Assembly (NCBI GenBank): GCA_038087875.1
Contig: JAXLNO010000524.1
Coordinates: 47,305 to 67,304, forward strand
Source of the DNA: Malacoraja senta
Taxonomy: Eukaryota
Reading direction: 5' to 3'
DNA length: 20,000 nt
In this document: piece after piece, positions 1 to 9,165 of the stretch
How positions within the stretch are numbered: position 1 is the first letter of the stretch
Layout: each line of letters starts with the position of its first letter
Translations under genes and position numbers: made by a program
Notes under the pieces: generated by a model
The model's database searches: none
What the model was told of the DNA's origin: nothing
What the model saw: the letters and a program-made list of their open reading frames with translations, nothing else

Positions 1-94
1 CAGCACAACGAGTGCAGACATTGCTTTAAACTCCAAAGCCCATAGATCTAATTTTTTTTAGTTGTCCAAGATAGAACAACCAGGAATTGTTTTG

Positions 95-251
95 CAGAAT
101 TCTCTCCTGGGATGCTTGCAATGCTAGTGTATCCATTCTTCAATAAGAAGATCAACACTGTATAAGTACTTTGGGTGCAGCCTCATCGACACCCTGTTCA
201 ATTGCAAAAATACGTCTCTATATTTAAACATCAATCCCTTAGTAATAAAGG
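95..251 (-). mobile_element. Highly degraded CR1 LINE ORF2 fragment
   Basis: 165-251 (gtactttgggtgcagcctcatcgacaccctgttcaattgc...aatcccttagtaataaagg) aligns by eye with the young minus-strand CR1 at about 13439-13525 (atactccaggtgtggtctcaccaagaccctgtacaactgc...aatcctcttgctatgaagg). Boundaries are approximate. Confidence 0.6.
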
Positions 252-454
252 AGAGGAGAGTGAAGAGGTCCCATGACAGAGTCTGTGGCTGCAGTCAAGT
301 TTCAAATTGCTTATTTAAACCTTATTAAAGATCGCATTCACTGTGGAAACATGGTTAATATTTTAAAGGTTCCAGGCCCAAGTGTCTCTTAGATCAACTT
401 TTAGATTTGTTTTTGTTCATTGTAAACCAACAGTACTGCTTCTGTACTTAAAAA

Positions 455-556
455 TAATCCCTTTGGATCCTGGAAAAAATAGCCTCTGGATGATTTTGGC
501 TGCAAAGGCATCATACTTCTTCATTAAATGTTGCTGGTGGGAATTCAGTTCTAGAT
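455..556. repeat. Copy A of an unclassified 102-bp dispersed repeat (copy B at 18184-18285)
   Basis: Ungapped manual alignment gives 85/102 identity. Weaker similarity extends to about 600 and 18330. Confidence 0.85.
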
Positions 557-745
557 TTCTTTATGGCAGATTTAACTGATATTCTACTTCAGGCTAGTAA
601 ACTGGTGATTAGATTATCATACTGTGTATGGTGCAAAGATAATCTGTCTAGAGGCTGTTGTGAATGTTGGGGCTTATTGTTACCCAGACCCTCCATACCC
701 AGACCTTACTTCAATGGCCTTTTCTTGGTGATCTCCCTTCCTTTC

Positions 746-1039
746 GTTTTAGTTTAGAGATACAGCATGGAAACAGGCCCTTCGCCTCACTGGGTCTGCA
801 CCGACCAACGATTCCCGTACACAAGCATTATCCTACACACTATGGACAATTTCACCATTTTTATCGGTCAAATAACCTACAAATCTGTACTTCTTTGGAG
901 TATGGGAGGAAACTGAAAAACCCACGTGATCACAAGGAGAATGTACAAACTCCATACAGACAACATCCATAATCAGGATCGAACTCGGGTCTCTGACGCT
1001 ATAAGGCAGCAACTCTACTGCTGCGCCACTATGCCGCCC
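746..1039 (-). mobile_element. tRNA-derived SINE (HE1/V-SINE-like) with CR1-like tail
   Basis: The minus strand starts GGGCGGCATAGTGGCGCAGCAGTAG (A box), has GTTCGATCC (B box), and ends CCTGTTTCCATGCTGTATCTCTAAACTAAAAC. It is homologous to the + copy at 17087-17413. Confidence 0.9.
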
Positions 1040-1099
1040 TATTCTGTAACTAACCAAGTACTTGGAAAAATCACCAAACTGATTAATTTATTCATAGAG

Positions 1100-2470
1100 T
1101 TTTAAATGGATTATGGGTGTAGGGAATTTTCAGAAAATATATCTTGAGATACTACACAATTTTTTTTGATAAAACATTTGTATTATTGTATTCAGAATAT
1201 TAATTGGAATATAGAACTACTTATGGATAGAAAACAGTGTGCAGTACAAAACCACAAAATAACTAATGGAGTGCCCGCACAAATTCTGAGGCTTCTGCTG
1301 TTTAAAATCTAAATCAATAGCTTGGATGAAGAGGCAGAGCTTGGATATAACATCAAGCAAAGTGAAATATGTGGTTGGCAAAAAATTGTATTTTAGTATC
1401 TTGACAACGTAGCAGAAAGTCTAAAATTTTTAACATAACAGGAAACTGTATATCTTTGTGTACAGAATAGGAAAAAAATGTTTTTCATAAGGTAAAAATA
1501 AGGTGATCAGATGGATTTGGGTACATGATATACAGAAACGGAACATGTCAATGTTGCAAGCAGTTAGAAAGTATGCCTTTATTAAAAGTAAGCTGGAGAA
1601 CTTGATGTGAATGCAAATATGTTTTTATTTTTTTTTATTTTTTTATTTTTTTAAATTATTTTTATTAGAAGTACGGTAATTTACAGTAATACACAACACT
1701 TATATCTTAGTACATTTTTTATACCGCTTCATTTTTTTAGCTTTAAGAGAAAGATAGAAGTAAGAAAAGTAAAGAAAGTGCGCAAGAGTCGTGAAGTGCA
1801 AAAGAGTGTTGTGAAAAGAAAGCCCATTAGAAAAGATGTTAGAGAAGGAAGTAAAGTAAGAAAGCAGATCCTAGAAAAGAAAGAAAAAGAAAGTAGGAAC
1901 AATCGCAGAAAGGGAACCACCGACCAAGTCTGTTTTTATTGTTTTACCTCCCATTACCAGGTCCTGATACCATTCTTTATTTATTTATTTTTTAAATTAC
2001 TATTGCACCTCATGCTTGTAATAGGTCCAAAAACGTAGACCACGTCTTTTGGAATTGGTCTGCTTTCCCTGCTAAGAGGAATCTCATCTCTTCCAGATGT
2101 AATGTTTCCAACATATTTGATGTCCACATTTTTATTGTTGGTGTGGGTGCATTTTTCCAGAATTTAAGTATGAGCCTTTTACCCATTATTAGCCCGTAAT
2201 TGAATAAGTTCTTCTGGTACACATTTAATTCAGGGATACCTTCCGATATTCCAGTGAATGCAAATATATAGGCCATGGTGAGACATCACCCAAAATGACA
2301 TGTACAGAGTTGGTCTCTTTACCTAGGAGAGAACATTGTTTTTTTGTGCATGCCAAGAAGGTTCACCAGATTTATTTCTGTGAAGGCTGATCAGAAATAA
2401 TTATAGAATATAACAGGCCTATGTTTGTTTGGTTTGGTAGGAAAATCAGAGGAATTGACTGATCATGGAC
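1100..2470 (+). mobile_element. Ancient degraded CR1 ORF2 remnant, interrupted by the L1 at 1621-2253
   Basis: Residual CR1 motifs occur in the expected order: aatagcttggatgaagagg (about 1316), tataggccatggtgagacatcacc...tgtacagagttggtctc (2266-2317) and aaggttcaccagatttatttctg (about 2358). Boundaries are approximate. Confidence 0.5.
1621..2253 (-). mobile_element. 5'-truncated L1-clade LINE (ORF2 C-terminus, 3' UTR, poly-A tail)
   Basis: Reads NYGLIMGKRLILKFWK...MW...LHLEEMRF...FQKTW, with a stop at 2010. The T-rich tail is at 1622-1665. A perfect 14-bp TSD gtgaatgcaaatat lies at 1607-1620 and 2254-2267. Confidence 0.92.
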
Positions 2471-2514
2471 TTGAAACCATTCATTTTAGAAATTCTTTGA
2501 GGATATAAATTGTT

Positions 2515-2658
2515 GTGTCATAGAATCATGGAGGCAGACAGCACAGAAACAGGCCATTCAGCCCAACTGTCCCTGAAACCAAGATTCTCCAGGTTAGCCC
2601 ATTTTTACCCATATTTCTCTAAATCGTCCCTACGCAAGTACCTGACGAAATGTCTTTT
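2515..2658 (-). mobile_element. CR1 3' end, piece 1 of the split host CR1
   Basis: CR1-type 3' end (catagaatc...cagcacagaaacaggccattcagccc). The minus strand reads FKRHFVRYLRRDDLEKYG when joined to 3473-3497. Confidence 0.8.
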
Positions 2659-3472
2659 TTTTTTTTTTTTTAAATTTTAATTTTATTAGAAGTAAGTACA
2701 ATTGTATACAATCATATTTTCATAATACCTTTTATGTACAGCTTCTTATTTTTTAAATTTTTTGAAATAAAGAAGAAAAAGAAAAAAGTTAGATAATGAA
2801 AAATAGAAAAATGTGAGATATATAGTGTGTGAAAAAGAAAAATAAAGAATGAAAAAAGAAAGTTGAGACATAGAAAATAGAAGAAAGAGAATAAAAGAAA
2901 AGAAGAGAAGAAAAGAAAATAGAAGGAGATCATTTATAATCTTGACCATCCGCAGTCACGGATTAGCTTTTACACCTGTTTTGCACCATACGTTTCCAAA
3001 AAGACGACAAATGGAGACCAACTCGTTATGAATTGGTCAAATTTATCTATTAGGAGGAATCGCATTTCCTCAAGATGTGCGGTATCCAACATACTTGCAA
3101 TCCACATTTTGAGCGTTGGTATTGGTGTATTTTTCCAAAATTTCAATATTAATTTTTTTGCTATTATTAAACCATAATTAAAAATTGACTTTTGAGATGA
3201 GCTCAATTTGTTCCCGTCTTCCATTACCCCAAATATAATCAATTCATTATTGGGTTCCATTTTTGTCTTAAATAGTTTTGTAAATATTTCGAAAATATCA
3301 CTCCAAAATCCATGAAGTTTTATACAAGAAACAAAAGAGTGTGTTATAGTTGCTTCTTGGGTTAAACATTTATCGCAAATGGGCGATATATTTGGATAAC
3401 ATTTATTTAATCTTGTTTTTGAGTAATATAATCTATGTAATATTTTAAATTGGATTAGATTATGTCTTGCGT
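2659..3472 (-). mobile_element. 5'-truncated L1-clade LINE (second subfamily)
   Basis: Open frame QFKILHRLYYSKTRL...CDKC...THSFVSC...FW, the L1 ORF2 Cys-rich C-terminus, with a stop at 2970. Poly-T tail at about 2655-2671. A 13-bp TSD cgaaatgtctttt lies at 2646-2658 and 3473-3485, at a TTTT/AA L1-endonuclease-type site. Confidence 0.93.
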
Positions 3473-3497
3473 CGAAATGTCTTTTAAATGCTGTTAT

Positions 3498-4544
3498 TAG
3501 CAATGTTACAAAATTTTGAGATTTTAAAAATCAAGTCTGTAATTTATCCCATCAGATAAAGCACAAAAAGAAGTTTAATTTGACACCTAATTCACTTTCA
3601 TATCTTCAGTATTAAAAAAAGTTATGGCCATTTTCATACTCGGAAATTAGCATCTTGTTCCCTATTGCTTTTCCATTGTCTTAACACAAAAGCTGTGATC
3701 GAGGACAGTCAAAAGCCCATAACTTTCTTAAAAATTAAGAGAACTGAAATACATTTTCAGTTATTATAGATTGAAGCATTCTGAAACAAATATGAAACAA
3801 TCTTACTTAGATGACATGAAATTAAAGCATATAATTAGTTAGTTACTTAATTGTAGCTAATTACAAAATTCAATTACTAGATCTAAGCATCTATCAATTT
3901 CTTAAGAATAGATTAACATTTTTAAATAGCCTAAGTGTCCAAATAACATTCACACAAGAATTCACAATATAACATAATTTTTAAATCTCATTGTCATGGA
4001 TTTATAGGCCAAATGGAAGGAATTTAATGTTTAATACCTGTAAATTAATGGCCATTTAAATCATCTTGCAAGTGTGTTTTCTGGAACGCAATCATTTGGA
4101 ACGTTGCGGTTGCGGTGAATTTAAACCCGTATCGGCATGAAAAATACTGCCGGTTCGTATGGGGAAAAAAAATCACCGTTTCGCAACTTAAAATGTGAAT
4201 TAAAGGCATCTTAAGGAGCACTTTTATACATAAAATAAACGGCTTTCGTTTACCTGTCCCGTGCGTGAAACCCGTCCCTGTTGTCGGCGTTGATGGCTTT
4301 AGAAGCTGATTTATAAATTACTCCAGCGCTGAAATTGTCGGGCGATTTAAAAAAAAAAAATACGCAGAACGCCCGTCGGAACGATTCTTCAGCAAAAGCT
4401 CGCACTCCAACGAAATATAATCCAGGACAAGGTAGGAGAAACCCGTGTTTTAACCCCGCCCCCCCCCTCAAAGGCGCCAAAATCACGCACACGGCCAGTG
4501 GCAGAATTGCAGCGCCGCTGAAGGTAAGTACTGTAACATACCTA
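3498..4544. mobile_element. Non-autonomous DNA transposon-like element with TAG...CTA termini and short imperfect TIRs
   Basis: The ends are TAGCAATGTTACA and TGTAACATACCTA (reverse complement TAGGTATGTTACA). A 7-bp TSD ctgttat lies at 3491-3497 and at 4545-4549 plus 9048-9049 once the DIRS is removed. No transposase ORF. Confidence 0.75.
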
Positions 4545-4573
4545 CTGTTTTACTTCGGAGTCACGTGAGTGAG

Positions 4574-4610
4574 TACGTGAAGAAGACCCCGTCCAGCCGC
4601 ACACGTGTCA
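4574..4610. repeat. DIRS left inverted terminal repeat core (pairs with 8937-8973)
   Basis: tacgtgaagaagaccccgtccagccgcacacgtgtca matches the reverse complement of 8937-8973 at 34/37. Confidence 0.92.
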
Positions 4611-4774
4611 TTATCGATCAGACGCATAGCGTTCATGACCGTGTGTAGCTCCTCCAGCCGGTGAGTAAAACAAAAGTAAAACAAAAGTCGGAAGGTAAGT
4701 GGGTTACTTTTCACTTACAGGAGCGTTTCCTTCCCGTTTAGACTTGTTTGGTGGAGCTCCACTCAAGTTTATTA

Positions 4775-5460
4775 TGGAGAAATGGGAAGGAGAGGCGGCC
4801 AGGGAGCCAGCGCCAGCAGCACCTGAAGAAGGGCTGCCTGTCCGTGGGCCTACAAGAGAGCCCGCGCAGGGGGAATCTGGCAGAGACTTACCTGAAACAG
4901 GGGAGCCAGAAATTACCCAACATAAAAATGAATATCTAGATTTAGATGATGATTTAAATGAGGACCAGAGCCCATTATCAGAGCCAAAAATGTTCCAAGG
5001 CTGGCACAAAACGTTGCTGTTCCCAGAGTAACAGGGGAACCTTTGAGAGAGGAAATAGCTATGACTATAAATTATCTACTCTCCCATCAGCCCCAGGAAT
5101 TAACCATGGATGAGACTATCAAAAAATATGAGACCCGGGAAATTGTAGCAGTTACAGCAGTGAATAACTTGATATGGGTAATTTGAACAGTGGTTTATGC
5201 TCACAAGAATTGAAATTACACAAGTGCTGAAATTTCTGGGGTCAGTGGTTTGGATGAAGGTTATATATCGTATTCACAACAAAATGCCTTAGCACTCATG
5301 TGTAGTGCGCACTTTGAAATAAATTGTATTCATAAAAATGCAATAAGACCAAATATTCATCCTAAGTATGCAGGCTCTGCAAACCATCCAATATACAAAT
5401 GCCTAAATCTGTTCTGGAGAAAATCTAGCAAAGAACTAAAGGATCACCTATGCTGAGCAG
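4775..5460 (+). pseudogene. DIRS gag-like ORF remnant
   Basis: Lies between the left ITR and RT. Fragmented frames include MEKWEGEAAREPAP... and ALALMCSAHFEINCIHKNAIRPNIHPKYA. Contains stops and frameshifts. Confidence 0.6.
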
Positions 5461-5659
5461 AGCGGTGAGAAGGCAGTATCCCTACAGGCGAAATGTGGTG
5501 CTGGAGAAGGAACAATCCTATCATTCTCGTATACACGTTGACGTGCTGCACTGAGGATACGTGGAGGTTACAATGTGCCTACTAGAAGGGGACAACAACT
5601 GCCGGTGGCAAACCCCGACGTTAGGGGGCTTGGTCTGGTAAGAAACACAACAAATGTTT

Positions 5660-7135
5660 CACACTCACAAATAGGGGAAAGGTTACGATTCTTCCTAAAA
5701 GAATGGCAATCAACAACAAATGATTCATTTATTCTATGTAGCATTGTAGGATTCAAAATTGAGTTCTCTCCACGTTTGGATCCTCCAATTCAGCATAATT
5801 CAAACTGGTCACGGATTTTTCTCAAAGGAAGAGAATGGGTTGATCAAAGGAATTTTATGCAGAAAAGGATGATATAAATGTCAGTAGAACAACACCATCA
5901 GTTTGTGTCAAATATTCTCCTAGGAATATTCTCCTAGAAAAGGGATGGTGGACGTAGAATCATTTCCGATCTGACAAATCTGAACCTTTATGTACAATAG
6001 CAACATTTCAAAATGGAAACATTTACTAATGCCATTTAGCTAGTCACAAAGAATTGCTACAAGGCAAGCATAGATCTGCAAAATGCATATTATTCTGTGG
6101 CAATGCATGGTAATGATCAAAGATATTTGAAATTTAGATGGATGAGTCAGTTATGGCAATTTATAGCATTGCCCAATGGTCTGATTTCAGCACCAAGATT
6201 ATTCACTAAATTGCTCAAACCAATTTTAGCTCTGTTAAGAGCTGAGGGCCATGTATTAATGGCTTATTTAGATGATATCCTCATTGTAGGGGACACTTTG
6301 GCTGCTGCAAAATTGTCAGTATCCAGAGTCAAATACATTTTGAGAAATGAGGTTTCATTATTCACCTACAAAAATCTAAATTGTTACCAAGCAAAAAGAT
6401 TGATTACCTAGGGTTCACAATTAACTCCGAACACATGGTAATCACTTTGACAAAAGATAAAAAGCTGCAGTTAATTGAAGGTTGCATAAAACTCATTAAT
6501 GAGGACACACCTTCAATTAGAGAAGTGGCAAGCTTGCTAGGCAAATTAAATGCAGTGTTTCCAGCGGTCACGTTTGGACCATTGCATTATCAATGTTTAC
6601 AGAGAGCTAAGGTACAAGCGTTAAATATGAATAGAGGGCATTTTGATAGGCCCATGAAATTAACAATACAATCCATTACAGAAATAGAATGGTGGATTAA
6701 CAATGTTTATAAAGCTTCCAGAAAAGTTCTGGTAGAAACACCTTCCGTCACTCTACAGACTGATGTAAGTGCGCTGAGTTGGGGCGCTACTAACATGATT
6801 TCCAGCTGTGGAGGTAGGTGGAATGTGAATGAAGTACCTTTGCTGGAAAATCTGGGAATCAATTACCTAGAGGTATTAGGCGCATTTTACGGCCTTAGAG
6901 CTTATTGCACTGATATGGGAAATGTGCATGTTCAGGTACAGGTTGACAATACTACAGCTGTAGCATACATAAATCACATGGGTGCTATAAAATCAGAATC
7001 ATGTGATAAATTGGCAAATGAAATTTGGACCTGGGGTATTGCCAGAAAAATGTGGCTGTCAGCAATATATTTACCAGGTAAAAATTAATGCAATTGCAGA
7101 CAAAAGATCACGTAAATTTAATGATAATACAGAAT
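5660..7135 (+). pseudogene. DIRS reverse transcriptase and RNase H (frameshifted)
   Basis: Motifs IGERLRFFLKEW, IDLQNAY, QFIALPNGLISAPRLFTK, YLDD (6265-6276), YLGF, and RNase H TDVS..WG, INYLE, VDNTTAVAYIN..G. Frameshifts at about 6345 and 7083, several stops, and a 14-bp tandem duplication at about 5911-5937. Confidence 0.95.
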
Positions 7136-7137
7136 GA

Positions 7138-7557
7138 ATGTTAAATCGGAAAATATTCACACAAATTAACACACAATTTGGAATGCCAGAAATTGATCTG
7201 TTTGCATCAAGATTGAACCACCAGTTGCCTAAGTATGTGTCATGGGAACCTGATCCTGGAGCAGTAGTGGTGGATGCTTTCTCGCTACATTGGGGTGGTA
7301 TGTTTCTGTATGTTTTTCCACCATTTTGTTTAATCCACAAATGCATACAGAAAATTAAACAAGATTCAGCCTCAGGGATTTTGGTAGTACCAGATTGGCC
7401 TACACAGGTATGGTACCCACTGGTGTTAAAAATGGGGAAAAAACAACAAAAAACCCTTATGGTTATTCCAAAGCAGATTAAACTGCTTGTACACCCTGTG
7501 ACTAATGAATCACATCCTTTACATAATCGTATTGGTTTGTTGATTTGCAGATTCTAA
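7138..7557 (+). pseudogene. DIRS DNA N6-adenine methyltransferase-like (MT) domain, the C-terminus of the pol ORF
   Basis: IDLFAS (about 7192), VDAF..W, YVFPPF (FPPF 7315-7326) and LVVPDWPTQVW, the typical DIRS1 MT motifs. Confidence 0.9.
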
Positions 7558-8551
7558 GAAGGCCATATCTTGGAAAAGGATTATCAGACCGTACGGTGGA
7601 TGTTATAACAACAGCCTGGAGGAATAGTACCCAGAAGCACTTCATTTCCTATATAAAGAAATGGGAGGTGTTTTGTTCAGGAAAGAATATTGCATATAAC
7701 ACAGCAGAAATTTCAGATGTAATAGTTTCTTTCAACTCTACACTATGAATTGAAATTAAGTTATAGTGCAATTAATACTGCACGAAGTGCACTCTCTGCA
7801 TATTTAAGCAGTGAATCAGAACAAACTCCAATTGGAGCACATCCTTGGGTCTGTAGGTTTATGAAAGGAATTTTCAACTCTAATCCTCCCAGACCCAGGT
7901 ATACAGAAATTTGGAATGTAAAAGATGTACTGATGTTCCTAAGGAATTGGAATCCAGTTGAAACTCTGTCATTATCCAAAATTACCATGAAATTGGTTAT
8001 GCTCATGGCATTAGTTTCAGCGCAGAGAGTTCAAACATTACAGAAACTCAGAATTGATAGAATGAAAGTAGGGCAAAATGCCGTGACATTCTATGTCTAT
8101 GATTTACTGAAGCAAAGTAGACCTGGGTTCACAGGATGCAAGTTGGAATTTTTAGCATATCCTACAGATTCACGACTGTGTGTAGTAACATATGTGAAAT
8201 GTTACATAGAAACAACAAAAGTTTTAAGAGGCGCCGAATTGGCATTTTTTATTAGTCATAAAAGGCCTCATAAGAAAGTGTCAACACAAACAATTTCACG
8301 ATGGTTGAAACAGGTGTTGAGATATTCAGGTATTGATACTGATAAATTTAAATCTCATTCCACCAGGGCGGCATCAACATCAGCGGCCAGGGATTCAGAC
8401 GTGCTAATAGACCTTATTCTCGCGGCCGCAGGATGGGCAAGTGAACAGATGTTTCAAAAAGTATTACCACAAGGAGATTAAAGATCTCAGAGGGTTTGGT
8501 GATGCCGTGCTGGATACAGTATTATATCCCCCATTATAATAAATGGGCCTA
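7545..8551 (+). pseudogene. DIRS tyrosine recombinase (frameshifted)
   Basis: Motifs WRNSTQK.F...W..FC, LSYSAINTARSALS, SAQR (catalytic Arg), LCVV, HSTR (8356-8367) and AAGW. FQKYY is restored by removing one A at 8456-8460. Confidence 0.95.
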
Positions 8552-8706
8552 ATTTTGTTACTTTTATAAAAATAAATAAAACCATTAACTGATTACATTC
8601 AAATGTTGTGGTTATGCATTGTTGATTGTGCTTACTCAAATAGAGTCAATCGATGCAGTGAACACCTGGATTTGAATCCACGGTGTGAAATCACAGAGCT
8701 TTGAAA

Positions 8707-8820
8707 TCTTCACGTAGTCACTCACGTGACTCCGAAGTAAAATAGTAAGATTAAACGAGAACTTACCAAGTTTGAAGTTTGATCTTTATTTTATGAGGAG
8801 TAACGTTGAGGGATTACGTG
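8707..8820. repeat. DIRS internal complementary region (ICR)
   Basis: 8707-8742 is the reverse complement of the left end 4548-4583 (1 mismatch). 8741-8820 is the reverse complement of the right end 8968-9047 (1 mismatch in 80). Confidence 0.95.
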
Positions 8821-8936
8821 CCCTCCGCTCCCACCCTCATAAAAAGATCAAGCTAGTAGTTCTAAGTCTTTATGCATCTTACTATCATACTTCAGTAATT
8901 ATCGTCTGTGATTGTCACTCCACTGCTTTGAAAGAT

Positions 8937-9047
8937 TGACGCATGTGTGGCTGGACGGGGTCTTCTTCACGTAATCCCTCAACGTTACTCCTCATAAAAC
9001 AAAGATCAAACTTCAAACTTGGTAAGTTCTCGTTTAATCTTACTATT
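8937..9047. repeat. DIRS right ITR plus right extension
   Basis: 8937-8973 is inverted relative to 4574-4610, and 8968-9047 is complementary to the ICR. Confidence 0.93.
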
Positions 9048-9157
9048 ATAGCACCTGGCCCAACTACATCCTCTGGCAGTTCATTCCATATACCAATCAC
9101 CTTCTGAGTGAATAAGCTGACCCTCAAATTTTTCTTAAATCTTGCCCCTCTCACCTT
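9048..9157 (-). mobile_element. CR1 ORF2 C-terminal piece of the split host CR1
   Basis: The minus strand reads KVRGARFKKNLRVSLFTQKVIGIWNELPEDVV, compared with FFTQRVVAVWNELPVEVV in the young CR1 at 14148-14861. Confidence 0.88.
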
Positions 9158-9165
9158 CTCCATAA

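Larger units (their letters stand above)
4550..9047 (+). mobile_element. Structurally complete DIRS1-like tyrosine-recombinase retrotransposon (ORFs decayed)
   Basis: Domain order is gag-like, RT (YLDD), RNase H, MT, YR. It has ITRs, an ICR, NTT boundaries and no TSD. The flanks rejoin into continuous CR1 sequence. Confidence 0.96.

Noticed and set aside
382..579. Paralogous short proteins from ORFs 382-579 and 17979-18266 (W.ILAAKA...FIKCC)
   Set aside because: The similarity follows from the DNA repeat. Copy B has an in-frame stop, the mismatches lack third-position bias, and no splice sites are shared.
1729..2949. Lys/Arg-rich and Phe-rich ORFs (1729-1920, 1778-2038, 2712-2933, 2746-2949)
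   Set aside because: These are translations of low-complexity L1 3' UTRs, not membrane or basic proteins.
4653..4702. Splice-donor-like GTGAGT and GGTAAGT motifs and an 11-bp tandem duplication in the DIRS 5' region
   Set aside because: These are short motifs inside a TE and cannot be supported as functional from sequence alone.
5575..8551. RT plus methyltransferase plus integrase as a novel prokaryotic retron, DGR or defence system
   Set aside because: Domain order, ITR/ICR structure and vertebrate repeat context identify a known DIRS1-type retrotransposon.
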